64,000 bases of DNA. Source: Schizochytrium sp. TIO01. Lineage: Eukaryota > Protista > Bigyra: Labyrinthulomycetes. Of the stretch, positions 24,101-34,405 are shown one piece after another. The notes under the pieces were generated by a model, which was given only the letters and a program-made list of their open reading frames with translations, had not been told where the DNA came from and made no database searches. Position numbers and translations under genes: made by a program. The stretch covers positions 1,371,270 through 1,435,269 of the forward strand of contig SMSO01000007.1 of assembly GCA_004764695.1 (NCBI GenBank), read 5' to 3'. Each line of letters opens with the position of its first letter. Position 1 is the first letter of the stretch.

Positions 24101-24273
24101 AGAGCCTTGATATTGTTGAACTCGGCCTTCGATGAGCCGGATTCATCGACCATCATGACGATGTCACGGGGATAGCATGAGCTTGCGCTTGTTGCAGCAG
24201 CATCATATGCAGCGATCAACACCGCAGCAAATGCTACAAGGCAGGCAAACCCAAATTTATTTACTTTTATCAT
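21103..24273 (-). CDS. Secreted adhesin-like protein 1: signal peptide-VWA-PAN/apple-2x ConA/LamG-like-mucin repeats-ConA/LamG-like
   Basis: Hydrophobic N-terminus; DIVMMVDESGS (MIDAS DxSxS) and KVIIIVADG; apple Cys pattern CY...ECGSLC...CEYFT...CFLY...SGPKYC; repeated beta-rich YSMSFDFTL..IIQRG..RQPA..LYIDG modules; P/T-rich repeats. Confidence 0.85.
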   Translation of the reverse strand: MIKVNKFGFACLVAFAAVLIAAYDAAATSASSCYPRDIVMMVDESGSSKAEFNNIKALCKSIMKNFDVGTSTDDDYFALYGYTDSIKKKFPFDTFKNKGKLNAKIGKLSRVNTESSSLPFAVDYALKILDDQGRSSSQKVIIIVADGVLDIPSNPSTSVYDVCDNIADASELTSSSLQSCLENLVEEAVANDVVVIHVPTDNIDDADNVFTSSDILPLYVKEVSSSSDAVAESCAAISSGSTTDTASTGSPTPAPTLLSDTSCYVSNKQYTNVKKVSGIENPIKKVQTAAECGSLCYATDGCEYFTLNPKRKCFLYKSAGSSKYKKGNFFSGPKYCSRVAEEATAKPTPSPTESLTPSPTESLTPSPSESLTSSPTAPPSLANAVYDDEVFLSSTYSMSFDFTLDNTNSEGPQSIIQRGTKMNANGYVRQPALFVDEGTSKLRFRTSTSEFSNKGCNTTTELELGKTYEIKISVTEGETANLYIDGDLGCTIEYTADETLLYVDESLPLYIGCPDNFVTASGTVENLMWEYETERPTSSPTPPTNAPTTGTPTESPTVPPSLANAVYDEEVFLSSTYSMSFDFTLDNTNSEGPQSIIQRGTRHTSKGYVRQPAVFAGRGSSKLLFRISTSVNANRHCDTTKLELGKTYQIDITVTEGDAANIYIDGDLGCSISFAASEKLLYVGESLPLYIGGPDNFVTASGTVENLMWDYETERPTSSPTPPTNAPTTGTPTQSPTPPTNAPTTGTPTQSPTPPTNAPTTGTPTQSPTPPTNAPTTGTPTQSPTSPTNAPTTGTPTQSPTPPTNAPTTGTPTQSPTPPTNAPTTGTPTQSPTPPTNAPTTGTPTHSPTPPTNAPTTGTPTQSPTPPTNAPTTGTPTHSPNPPTNAPTYLPSLANEIVSDGLVLSSPYSLSFKFTLFSTYTNYQSVIQRGDGISADKKTYYRQPAILIKKGSTTLLLRSSLSSDTKAGCDSSIDLELGLTYSIDVYVNQETFSMSLYINGEEACTKSFNRGNSGKDTLLYLDQSYPVVLGGFEGLAGAYGTVTDLVWGDDLAPIAE
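21603..22130 (-). repeat. 48-bp coding minisatellite, ~11 units (PTQSPTPPTNAPTTGT)
   Basis: Unit gcgtcggtgtacctgtagttggggcattcgttgggggagttggacttt repeated in tandem. Confidence 0.95.
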
Positions 24274-25388
24274 TGAGGATATTGTATTAATTCGACCTCA
24301 GCGATGTTGCGTTAAGGTTCTGCTCGGTCTGTGATTCACAATCTGTAGACGTGTTGTAGTTTATTTTGAAGTGATTAAGGATAGAACTAATCTTGTCGTA
24401 GTCTTTGCATTATGTCTTCTCTTCAGAATGGGCTTTTATTATAAAATCCAAATAACACGACAGGCACGTCTCCGCACGATATGCATTTTCAGTTGAACTA
24501 TTATCTACAACTTGCAGTTTTATGTTTTTATCGAAGGGACGTGTCCTCAGATAGTTGATTCTATGAACCTCAAAATGGATAATCTCGAGGACCCCATCCA
24601 AAGTTAGGTCAAGGGCTGGACAGATGGAAGACTGCAGGGGTCCGATTTCTGGTTTTACTAGTGATTCTGCATTACGTATACTGAGAAGTCTGTTTGAGCA
24701 CTATTATAGCTTGGATCAACGAAACACTAGAGCCAAAACTATAATCATCGGTTGACGCTATTTCTAGCCAACTAAGAAGTTGCTAATCAAGTTATAACTA
24801 GACTAAGACTTTTAAAAGAGCGCGGCAAGATGGCTGCCGTGGTAGAGTGAAAGTACACAAGCACTGAGCAGCACCTGGCCCATGGATGGAAGCAATTTCG
24901 ATTGATGATAGCTCTTTAAAAAAAGAAAATTAAAATTGCTTAAAAGGAAATTTGACTTAAAAGTTGGTTTGAAAACACTAATTTGTGGTAACGGATCAAT
25001 ACTTTATCCTTCTTCAAAACTTCTGAAGTAGTTGCGGTACTAGGTAGATATGTCCCCAGTACTATAGTAGTTTGTGATAACATGCATGTTTTAGTAATAG
25101 ATTTGAAAGACTGTAATTCTAAAGGGCAGGTTGTGCTTGAGTGGCAAGGAAGATTATTTATACATCGGAGGATTGTTAGTAGTGAGAAGAGATCCGCTCA
25201 ACAGCTTTGACGTTGTTTCGATAAGGATTATTTTGACTGGAATAGTGTATAAACTAAATCTAGATAATGTTAGCGAGGGTTCGCATGAAAGCTAAACTTA
25301 TTGTGTTCCATTTCCTAGGTTCCTTGTCCTAGTTGGTGATATTTATTGTTTTTTTCTAGAGGTTACTTTCTCATTCTTTCAGACTCCT
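24274..25388 (-). promoter_or_regulatory. Upstream region of adhesin 1, duplicated upstream of adhesin 4 (40402-41511)
   Basis: Near-identical to 40402-41511 next to the ATG, more diverged distally. Promoter function is inferred from position only. Confidence 0.6.
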
Positions 25389-25704
25389 GCTATCTATGCA
25401 ACAGTCGACTAACAAAACTTCAAAGCTTTCTTCTTTGCGCTGAATTCTTCCATTTGTCTGCCTTAAAAGTTGATTTAGAGTTTCTGCTGCGGCCTGTATA
25501 TGTAGGGTGGATCAGCTGGAAGGGCCTCTGGCTAGTGAGGATAACTGAATGACACACGGCTCATGGACGCAGGGTCCCTTCAACGATTGTTAGTGTCGTC
25601 TCTTCTCGTCGTTCTGTGTTTGGGATTTAGATTCTGAAACTGATATTGTAAATGGGTACCTGAATGTAATGATGTACTCGTTGTAAAGTCTGCCCTTTCA
25701 TTAG

Positions 25705-26996
25705 GTATTTGGACACATCCGTGGCCCACTGTATCAAAATGAGCGCAACAGGAAGGATCGTAAAAGTAAGCGGGTCGTGAAGACGATGATTGCAATCCTA
25801 AAGTGTTCGGCGGAAGATATGTAGAAAAGAAAGCAGTGCGCCTCAAAGAGAGCAAGGTCGCACCTGCTTGGGTCTCCGAAGTACCAGAAGCTGTGCACGG
25901 GTCAGAATTCGCTCATTTTTTCAAGTCTTTTGATGCTGGTCGGGCCAAAAACGAGGAATTAGCTGCACAAAATAAGAGATCTTGACATTTCTCTTCTTTC
26001 AAGTGTCCTACAAAACATGATAAAACTATGGTTTTCGAGGTCGAGGCACAAGTCTGGAACATTTTGCAGAGTAGCTTGTGCTGTGAAGCGTGCAGAAGTA
26101 GTCTCACAAGGATGGCGAACTCAGGAAAACGAGAAAAAGGATGATATATGAGTTAATGTGGTTTCGGGTCTGAATACAGGCAGGGATGAATGTATCATGT
26201 CAGTTCAGTGTCGGACAGAAGAGCTTGGTTAGGTTAGGTGAGGTGAGGTTAGGCAGTAGCTTTATATTACTTCAACCGAACAGAAGGCCAAACCGCACTG
26301 TTTCTAAAAGCTTCAGTACCCATAAGAAAAAGTCCCCCCCCCCGACCAGGTAACCAAGGTGGTGCATGTGAAAATGCATTACCTTGGTCTTGGCTACCTC
26401 TCTTTGTTGCATGATGAAAAAAACACACCCATTCCAGACCATTCACGATGCTGATGACTGAGTCTTTGAGCCGGAAACAAAAAATATGTTTCATCGCCCA
26501 ACTCATGAAATCCATTCAAAACTGACTCAAAAGAACCCGGCCTAAACGAGAAAAGCACAAAACTGTCTACACGATGCGCATACCTGCACGCACTACTCAA
26601 GCGCAACTAAAAGAATTTCGAGATTCACAGCAAGCTTACTCTCTGGCTCTATAGAGCTTATCGTGTTACTTGTTGTCTAAATTTAAGACCCTCGAGATTG
26701 TGAACAAGTTATCAAGGCGGATCCATAGCAGGACAGCTCGAATGATGTGTCGTTGGGGCCACTTTAGCTTCTGATCAGCTTTCATTTTCAAAGATGAGCT
26801 CTTCTCCTGCTGATTTAGTCTTGTCATCTGCCAACCAGCGAAAGTCTCTTCAAAAACCTGTAATAAATGTGTGTTCATTCACAATAAGCTTGGGGTCCAT
26901 CTTATTAAATGCCCCCAACGGAAGCACTTAGTCAATCGTGATATCCACGCGGACAGAGATATCCTTTTACGCTACCTGTCTAAGAGAATAATTTGA
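25705..26996 (+). pseudogene. Degenerate Fanzor2 / TnpB-like (IS607 OrfB-related) RNA-guided endonuclease pseudogene
   Basis: Collinear + strand fragments across frameshifts and stops: FG(T)H.R (~25708); PAWVSEVPEAVH..FFKSFDAGRAK..*HFSSFKCPTKHDKTMVFEVEAQVWN (25863-26060); PDQVTKVVHVKMHYLGLGYLSL; FQTIHDAD; EIHSKLTLWLYRAYRV; LLSKFKTLEIVNKLSRRIHSRTARMMCRWGHFSF*; KDELFSC..VIC; SKTCNKCVFIHNKLGVHLIKCPQRKHLVNRDIHADRDILLRYLSKRII* (26850-26996), the TnpB Zn-ribbon/RuvC-III signature. Confidence 0.85.
26064..26275 (+). repeat. Repeat C copy 2, inserted inside the Fanzor pseudogene
   Basis: Inverted copy of 20937-21113. Fanzor-like reading stops at ...WN before it and resumes (RTEG...) after it. Confidence 0.85.
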
Positions 26997-27060
26997 TTAT
27001 GTTTTTGAGTCCCGTGTTATATTTTTCAACCCACAAGTGGGCCTTAGCCCCACACCACAA
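26997..27060 (+). ncRNA. Candidate remnant of the Fanzor omega-RNA scaffold
   Basis: GC-rich hairpin GTGGG-CCTTAGC-CCCAC (27037-27053) about 40 nt after the Fanzor stop in AT-rich context, where omega-RNA scaffolds are expected. Confidence 0.35.
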
Positions 27061-28183
27061 ATACAAGTTTTTATGTTTTTATGTTTTATATATTAGAAAT
27101 GAAGTGCGCCAGTATCATGTGACCTCGTCACGCTCGCTAGCATCGTTCTTGGTCTGCAAATGGTTGTGAACAGGGCCAAGGCTATCTTCCGGACGATTTT
27201 TTTTGCGTTCCAGGTTTCCGAAAAGATCACTAAGCATCACGATAGCAGCTTCAATCACCTTCACGTGGGTGATAAGCTCTTGCAAGTATTCTGTATCGCC
27301 TGTCTGTTACAACGAGACCTCCTTGACAACATCGAATTCGGCTATTTGAACATAACATGCATGGAATACCATTTCTCTCAGTTAAAATCGTTTTTTTTTT
27401 GGTATTTTTTTTTTTTTTTCTGAAGAGATCCAGTTTCGAATTGTATAACAAGGTGGCGTAGGCATGCAAGGTATCAGCTGTAGACGACTAGAATGTCACC
27501 TACCTCATTATGGAGCTTCTCAATACTCGTATGTGCTCAATTTTTTGCAAATGCTACTCCCTTATTCTCGGGTGTCTTACGTCCTCCGTTTCTTGATAGT
27601 TCTCCTTTCTTGTCTTTGGATCCTTCTCCGTTCTCTTGGGGTCTGGCTGTTAAACACCACGTACCTGTTCAAAATTCACCCCATTATTATTCTATGGGCT
27701 AGTCGCGGAGAACTAGCCTTGTTAATAGTTTTCGCTCTTCACAGACTTCAATTTGACGTCGAAAACACGAAGCAAAATGTTATGCGCAGACGAGACCTTT
27801 TGATCATAAGATGAAGCCTGAGCTTTAAATTGAGTAGTCACCTTTTCAAGAGGATTTTTTGATATGCTTCTCAACATTGTTGATAACTTCAGTATAGACT
27901 AGGCTCACTGCTGTTTTAACTAGTGTAGGATGCTTTTTTGTTTGCTGGGCAAATTACGCAGTGCTGTCAATAAGAATAAAATGTCTTGACAAGAACATCT
28001 TCTATCGTATCTATATAACACAGGCTCAACTCCAAACAAATATACGTATGCATGTATATGTGTGTATTTTTCAAAACCTGAAATAAAAACCTGATAATAT
28101 CATGATATTAATTATTCTGAATACCGCCGCAGGGATGCTTTGCATTCAGTTAATCTGTGACCTTGTGGTCGGTAGTGTATTAA

Positions 28184-29884
28184 TTAAACTGCGGTCAGTC
28201 TATTTAATTCGTTATGATAAGCTCTGCTCCATTTCACATTCTGGATTGTAACATATCTGGACTTGCTAACGTAGACCGGAGTGGTGCTTTTCACTCCTTT
28301 CGAGTTCTTAGGATTACCCTGATCTTTATGACAACTTCTCGTACCGTTTAAAAACAGTTCCAAATATCCCTCTGTAACCACAATAACAACCTCGTACGGC
28401 TCGCCTGTAATCAGAGGTTCTTCCGATGTACACACCACGAGGTCATCATCAAGTGAACTACGACTAGCAGCTCTCAGATAGTTATCAGGTGAGATGCCTA
28501 GTTCAGGTTGGAAAATATCGTCATCTCCACGGATAAGAATCCATGCATAGTGAGAGGGGCTCTCATTAAAAATGAATGTGAGATTTAGAGTGTATGGTAT
28601 CGAAAGAGAGCCCACAGCCTCGTGTAACTCAACCCCTAACTGTGCAAGGGTCACAGGGTAAAATGTAGGTGGTACTGTCGGTGCAGTTGTAGGTGATGTT
28701 CTCACATGTTTAGAATGTGTCGTTGGTGCATCTATTTCATTGTGCAACTTCAATGTGTTCAGTCTACCAGATGATGCAGTAGCGTAAGCTTCGAATTTTC
28801 GGAAAGTAGAGCCTCCCGTTCGTAACTTTGTAGGGTTTGCAGTCGGTGTCTCCGTAGGTTCCTCGAGAGAATAGAGACAGTATTTCGGGCCCGAAATAAA
28901 ATTGCTCTTCGTCTGCTTCAAAGAGCCTGCAGTTTCATACAAGAAACACTTGTATTCTGGAGTCAGAGTAAAGTACTCACACAACTCTGTTGCATAGCAC
29001 AACGAACCACACTCTGCAGCAGTCTGAACCTTTTTGATTGGGTTCTCTATGTCAGCAACTTTGGTCACATGAGCGAACTGTTTGTTAGAAATGTAGCAGC
29101 TTGTGTCTGACAGCAAAGTTGGAGCAGGAGTAGGGCTTTCTGTTGGGGCCGTATCAGTAGGGCTCTCTATAAGAGTTTTAACACAAGACTCTGCAGCTGC
29201 ATCAGAGCTTGATGCAGCTTCTTTCACATACAATGAAAGGATATCAGACGAAGTAAAGACGTTGTCTGCATCATCGATATTATCTGTTGGAACATGAATC
29301 ACAACTACATCGTTTGCTACAGCATCTTTCACAAGGTTCTCCAAGCAGGACTGCAACGATCTGGAGGTCAGTCCCGATGCGTCTGCAATGTTGTCACAAA
29401 CATCATAGACAGATGTCGACGGGTTAGACGGAATATCGAGGACACCATCGGCAACGATGATAATGACTTTTTGACTCGAAGAACGGCCCTGGTCGTCCAA
29501 GATTTTAAGCGCGTAATCTACGGCAAAAGAGAGACTCGAACTTTCTGTATTGACACGAGAAAGCTTTCCTATTTTGGCGGTAAGCTTTCCTTTATTGTTG
29601 AGTGTTCCAAATGGAAATTTTTTCTTGATACTGTCAGTATAGCTGTACAGAGCGAAGCGGTCGTCGTCTGCTCGGGCCCCAACGTCGAAGTTTTTCACAA
29701 TGCTTTTGCAAAGAGCCTGAATCTGCTTGAGATCTGTATTTAATGAGGCGGATTCATCGACCATCATGACGATGTCACGGGGATAGCATGAGCTTGCGCT
29801 TGTTGCAGCAGCATCATATGCAGCGATCAACACCGCAGCAAATGCTACAAGACAGGCAAACCCAAATTTATTTACTTTTATCAT
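28184..29884 (-). CDS. Secreted adhesin-like protein 2 (short form): SP-VWA-PAN/apple-P/T linker-ConA/LamG-like
   Basis: Paralog of 21103..24273; MIDAS DESAS; apple Cys pattern retained; one C-terminal beta module. Confidence 0.85.
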   Translation of the reverse strand: MIKVNKFGFACLVAFAAVLIAAYDAAATSASSCYPRDIVMMVDESASLNTDLKQIQALCKSIVKNFDVGARADDDRFALYSYTDSIKKKFPFGTLNNKGKLTAKIGKLSRVNTESSSLSFAVDYALKILDDQGRSSSQKVIIIVADGVLDIPSNPSTSVYDVCDNIADASGLTSRSLQSCLENLVKDAVANDVVVIHVPTDNIDDADNVFTSSDILSLYVKEAASSSDAAAESCVKTLIESPTDTAPTESPTPAPTLLSDTSCYISNKQFAHVTKVADIENPIKKVQTAAECGSLCYATELCEYFTLTPEYKCFLYETAGSLKQTKSNFISGPKYCLYSLEEPTETPTANPTKLRTGGSTFRKFEAYATASSGRLNTLKLHNEIDAPTTHSKHVRTSPTTAPTVPPTFYPVTLAQLGVELHEAVGSLSIPYTLNLTFIFNESPSHYAWILIRGDDDIFQPELGISPDNYLRAASRSSLDDDLVVCTSEEPLITGEPYEVVIVVTEGYLELFLNGTRSCHKDQGNPKNSKGVKSTTPVYVSKSRYVTIQNVKWSRAYHNELNRLTAV

Positions 29885-30675
29885 TGAGGATATTGTATTA
29901 ATTCGACCTCAGCGATGTTGCGTTAAGGTTCTGCTTGGTCTGTGATTTATAATCTGTGGACGTGTTGAAATTATCTCTCTTTTAAAAAGATATTAGGTTA
30001 GATTTTTGTATGGTGTATATGGTGTGCTCTCTGTCTGGCTTTTTTCAAGAGCGATTAATCGATTAGCACGCACTACCTATACTGTGAGGTAGCTCCGATG
30101 TATGCGACCTCTATGTTCTAGTTATGTTGAAATGAAGTGCGCTGATGAAGTATTTTGATAGTCTCTTTGTTTTGTTTTCTAGACTAGATATTTGGAGTAT
30201 GTTGTCCAAAATTAGATCGAATGCTGCACATGTGGAAGAAAGTAGCACTTGTTTGGTTCTTTTTGTTCATACATGAAATTCTCATTGAGCTTTGGTTTGC
30301 GGGCTGTCACATTGGTGTCAACAGGAGTTCGCGATACTCGCAAGAGTTTTGAGCAATATTTGACCGGCGTTTGGCACGGCAGGCAACTTTTGGAGTCTTA
30401 AGGAGTCCTATCGTAGACAGGTAGTTATCTACAATTCTGTCGTGCAATGGCAAACTCTAACTATGTATGACACAGGAAGCTGCTCCCAGCCTTCAGCAGT
30501 TCCCCGATTTATCCGACTCACATAATTCACCTGCTTATCGTCAAGACCTGCAGGAACACGTCAACTTTCTTCTAGCTATTGCGGATTTACTCTCTTGATA
30601 AAGAGCTTGTAATAAAGGCTGAGATAACTCATTATCCAGAGATCAAAATTAAAATGTCTAGTTTGGAGAGCACTC

Positions 30676-31055
30676 AGCAGCGCTCTCACTAATATAGATA
30701 GCAGTCAGAGTTTTAGGTAAAGTCTTGAGCTAGCAGTCATGACTGAACAGCGCTCTCACTGCCATAGATCGCAGCCAGAGGCTGAAAATGCTCTTACTTA
30801 AATAAGGTCTCTAGCTAAAATATCCAGTCGGCAGTCATGACTGAACAGCGCTCTCACTACCATAGATCGCAGTCAGAGGCTGAAAATGTTCTTACTTAAT
30901 AAGATCTCAAGCTACAGTATCCAGTCGGCAGTCATGATTGAACAGCGCTCTCACTACCAGAGATATAGCAGTCAGAGGCTGAAAATGCTCTTGCGTGGAT
31001 AAAGTCTCGAGCCAGAATACTAAATCAGCAGCCATGACTGAACAGCGCTCTCTAC
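30676..31055. repeat. ~98-bp tandem repeat, ~4 units, non-coding
   Basis: gcagtcatgactgaacagcgctctcact...gcagtcagaggctgaaaatgctctt units start at 30733, 30831, 30928 and 31028 (periods 98/97/100), with a partial unit from 30676. Confidence 0.9.
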
Positions 31056-32705
31056 TGAGGGGTTTATTACTGGTAGGTGTACCTCTGTGTCAGGTGTGTG
31101 CTATGGATCAATGTTTACCGAAGGGCTGATATGCAATAATTTAAATTACACCTAAGTGAACGGATTGTGAGCGAGACAGAGAGTGAGAACAGGTGTAACA
31201 TAGAATATCCGTCCTTAATTATTGATGCATAATAGAGCATGTTGAGCTATTGTACCAGATAGATTTTTTAATTTCAATTAAAAGTATTAAATTAAATAAA
31301 AGGATTGCCATGCACCCCAAATTCTTGTAATGATTCGATACATGGCGAACCTAATGTCTTCAGATCGAAGGCAAGTCAAGTCGCAAAGTTTCGTCTGTGG
31401 TAATCCGAAGTTTTCTACAACGATGGGAAACTTTTTACCTCGAGAAGATCAAGAAGATCTCTTGAAGTCAAGGGAGAAAAGTTAACACATAAAATGGATG
31501 ATGTTTCTCAAAAAGGGGGCAAATTTGGTTTGCTTCAAAACTTTTAGTGGGCTGGTTTTATGCATGGTAGACTTCCATAATTCCTTTTTAAGGCTTTAAT
31601 GTCTTCTCTGTGAGCTCTTGTCTCGAATCACTTTTTAAAAAATGAGAACAAAAACTAAATTCAGTTGCTTGCAATAATGGGGCTTGGTGCGTGCATTGTT
31701 TTTACTACATGCCAGTAGCATCTGTATACTTACCATTTAGAAGTAACATTGAAGAAAACACGGGCGACAAGACGAGGTACAATACGCGTGTTGCTGCCAA
31801 AGCAGGAAGGGTGATCCACTTTCCATTGTAGCGCGCAGTGTATCGTGAACTGGCAAGACGCCCCGTGGCAACTTATCATGTCCTTTCGATTCCTTTTCTT
31901 TTATTGTTTCCCCAGAGAACGAGAACAGTGACAGTGCTAATGTTGTATCAGCTGATACCAAGGTCTTCAGTAGGGACAGCATTATGAGCACTCTCGCCAA
32001 AATCATTGAAAATCGAGGCTATTGATATTACTATACCATGATCAAGTTTGACATGAAGGCGAGAGAGACAGCTCATATCCACCAGTGTGGAGCGGCTAAA
32101 TCATGATAAGGCTATTGTGCTAAGGCAAATGCCAGCGCTATCTACCAGTTTCTAGACATCGGTGGCGTGTTCAATTGGAGCTGTAAGCTCACCTTACAGC
32201 TTCATATTGTCTAGCACGTAAAACATCCATAGAGCAGACGAGTGTCTTATAGAGATACCCCTCACTCACATCAACTGTTATGGTTTGCCAGTGGTGGATC
32301 CATGCCTCTACCCCCATTGGATAAAAGAAGGCTATGAAAACTGTGATATCACCCCAGCTGATTCCTTGGAGATGCCTGAACGTGAAGACAGGAAACGCGA
32401 CTCCCCCCACCCCCCCAGTTGTTTTTTTGTTCGATGTAGATCGTATCGATGACACAAAGGTTACATGGTTCCCAACATGCGTCTTATGATTGTTCCCATG
32501 AATGTCTCGCTCAAGAATGGGTAACCCACGATGAATTTCAATATGTATGAATAACGTTAGAAGAAACCAGACGAAGCTACCCAAGGCAGAAGGATTCCTT
32601 CTGCAAAGGCTTTCCTCAGATAGAAAAATAATGCGCTTTGTGCGTTACACGAAAGAACAAAGTGCATTCAATTAATCTGTGACCTTGTGGTCGGTAGTGT
32701 ATTAA

Positions 32706-34405
32706 TTAAACTGCGGTCAGTCTATTTAATTCGTTATGATAAGCTCTGCTCCATTTCACATTCTGGATTGTAACATATCTGGACTTGCTAACGTAGACCG
32801 GAGTGGTGCTTTTCACTCCTTTCGAGTTCTTAGGATTACCCTGATCTTTGTGACAACTTCTCGTACCGTTTAAAAACAGTTCCAAATATCCCTCTGTAAC
32901 CACAATAACAACCTCGTACGTCTCGCCTGTAATCAGAGGTTCTTCCGATGTACACACCACGAGGTCATCATCAAGTGAACTACGACTAGCAGCTCTCAGA
33001 TAGTTATCAGGTGAGATGCCTAGTTCAGGTTGGAAAATATCGTCATCTCCACGGATAAGAATCCATGCATAGCGAGAGGGGCTCTCATTAAAAATGAATG
33101 TGAGATTTAGAGTGTATGGCATCGAAAGAGAGCGCGCAGCCTCATGTAGACTGATTCCGAGTTGCGCAAGGGTCACAGGGTAAAATGTAGGTGGTACTGT
33201 CGGTGCAGTTGTAGGTGATGTTCTCGCATGTTTAGAATGTGTCGTCGGTGCATCTATTTCATTGTGCAACTTCAATGTGTTCAGTCTACCAGATGATGCA
33301 GTAGCGTAAGCTTCGAATTTTCGGAAAGTAGAGCCTCCCGTTCGTAACTTTGTAGGGTTTGCAGTCAGTTCCTCTGTAGATTTCTCGAGAGAATAGAGAC
33401 AGTATTTCGGGCCCGAAATAAAATTGCTCTTCGTCTGCTTCAAGAGCCTGCAGTTTCATACAAGAAACACTTGTATTCTGGAGTCAGAGTAAAGTACTCA
33501 CACAACTCTGTTGCATAGCACAAAGAACCACACTCTGCAGCAGTCTGAACCTTTTTGATTGGGTTCTCTATGTCAGCAACTTTGGTCACATGAGCGAACT
33601 GTTTGTTAGAAATGTAGCAGCTTGTGTCTGACAGCAAAGTTGGAGCAGGAGTAGGGCTTTCTGTTGGGGCCGTATCAGTAGGGCTCTCTATAAGAGTTTT
33701 AACACAAGACTCTGCAGCTGCATCAGAGCTTGATGCAGCTTCTTTCACATACAATGAAAGGATATCAGACGAAGTAAAGACGTTGTCTGCATCATCGATA
33801 TTATCTGTTGGAACATGAATCACAACTACATCGTTTGCTACAGCATCTTTCACAAGGTTCTCCAAGCAGGACTGCAAAGATCTGGAGGTCAGCCCCGATG
33901 CGTCTGCAATATTGTCACAAACATCATAGACAGATGTCGACGGGTTAGACGGAATATCGAGGACACCATCGGCAACGATGATAATGACTTTTTGACTCGA
34001 AGAACGGCCCTGGTCGTCCAAGATTTTAAGCGCGTAATCTACGGCAAAAGGGAGACTCGAACTTTCTGTATTGACACGAGAAAGCTTTCCTATTTTGGCG
34101 GTAAGCTTTCCTTTATTGTTGAGTGTTCCAAATGGAAATTTTTTCTTGATACTGTCAGTATAGCTGTACAGAGCGAAGCGGTCGTCGTCTGCTCGGGCCC
34201 CAACGTCGAAGTTTTTCACAATGCTTTTGCAAAGAGCCTGAATCTGCTTGAGATCTGTATTTAATGAGGTGGATTCATCGACCATCATGACGATGTCACG
34301 GGGATAGCATGAGCTTGCGCTTGTTGCAGCAGCATCATATGCAGCGATCAACACCGCAGCAAATGCTACAAGACAGGCAAACCCAAATTTATTTACTTTT
34401 ATCAT
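32706..34405 (-). pseudogene. Adhesin-like protein 3, near-identical to copy 2 but with a 1-bp deletion at ~33442 (pseudogene or sequencing error)
   Basis: ORFs 33440..34405 and 32706..33443 join into the copy-2 protein. Copy 2 reads cttcaaagagcc, copy 3 reads cttcaagagcc. MIDAS DESTS. Confidence 0.85.

Noticed and set aside
25390-25700. IS607-type serine recombinase (TnpA) upstream of the Fanzor remnant
   Set aside because: No YxRVSS or other resolvase motif could be read on either strand.
26353-26388. Imperfect hairpin ACCAAGGTGGTGCAT...ATGCATTACCTTGGT as a transposon end
   Set aside because: It lies inside the reconstructed Fanzor coding frame (QVTKVVHVKMHYLG), not at an element boundary.
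30676-31055. CRISPR-like array
   Set aside because: The variable parts are clearly related to each other, units are ~98 bp, there are no cas genes and the context is eukaryotic; it is a tandem repeat.
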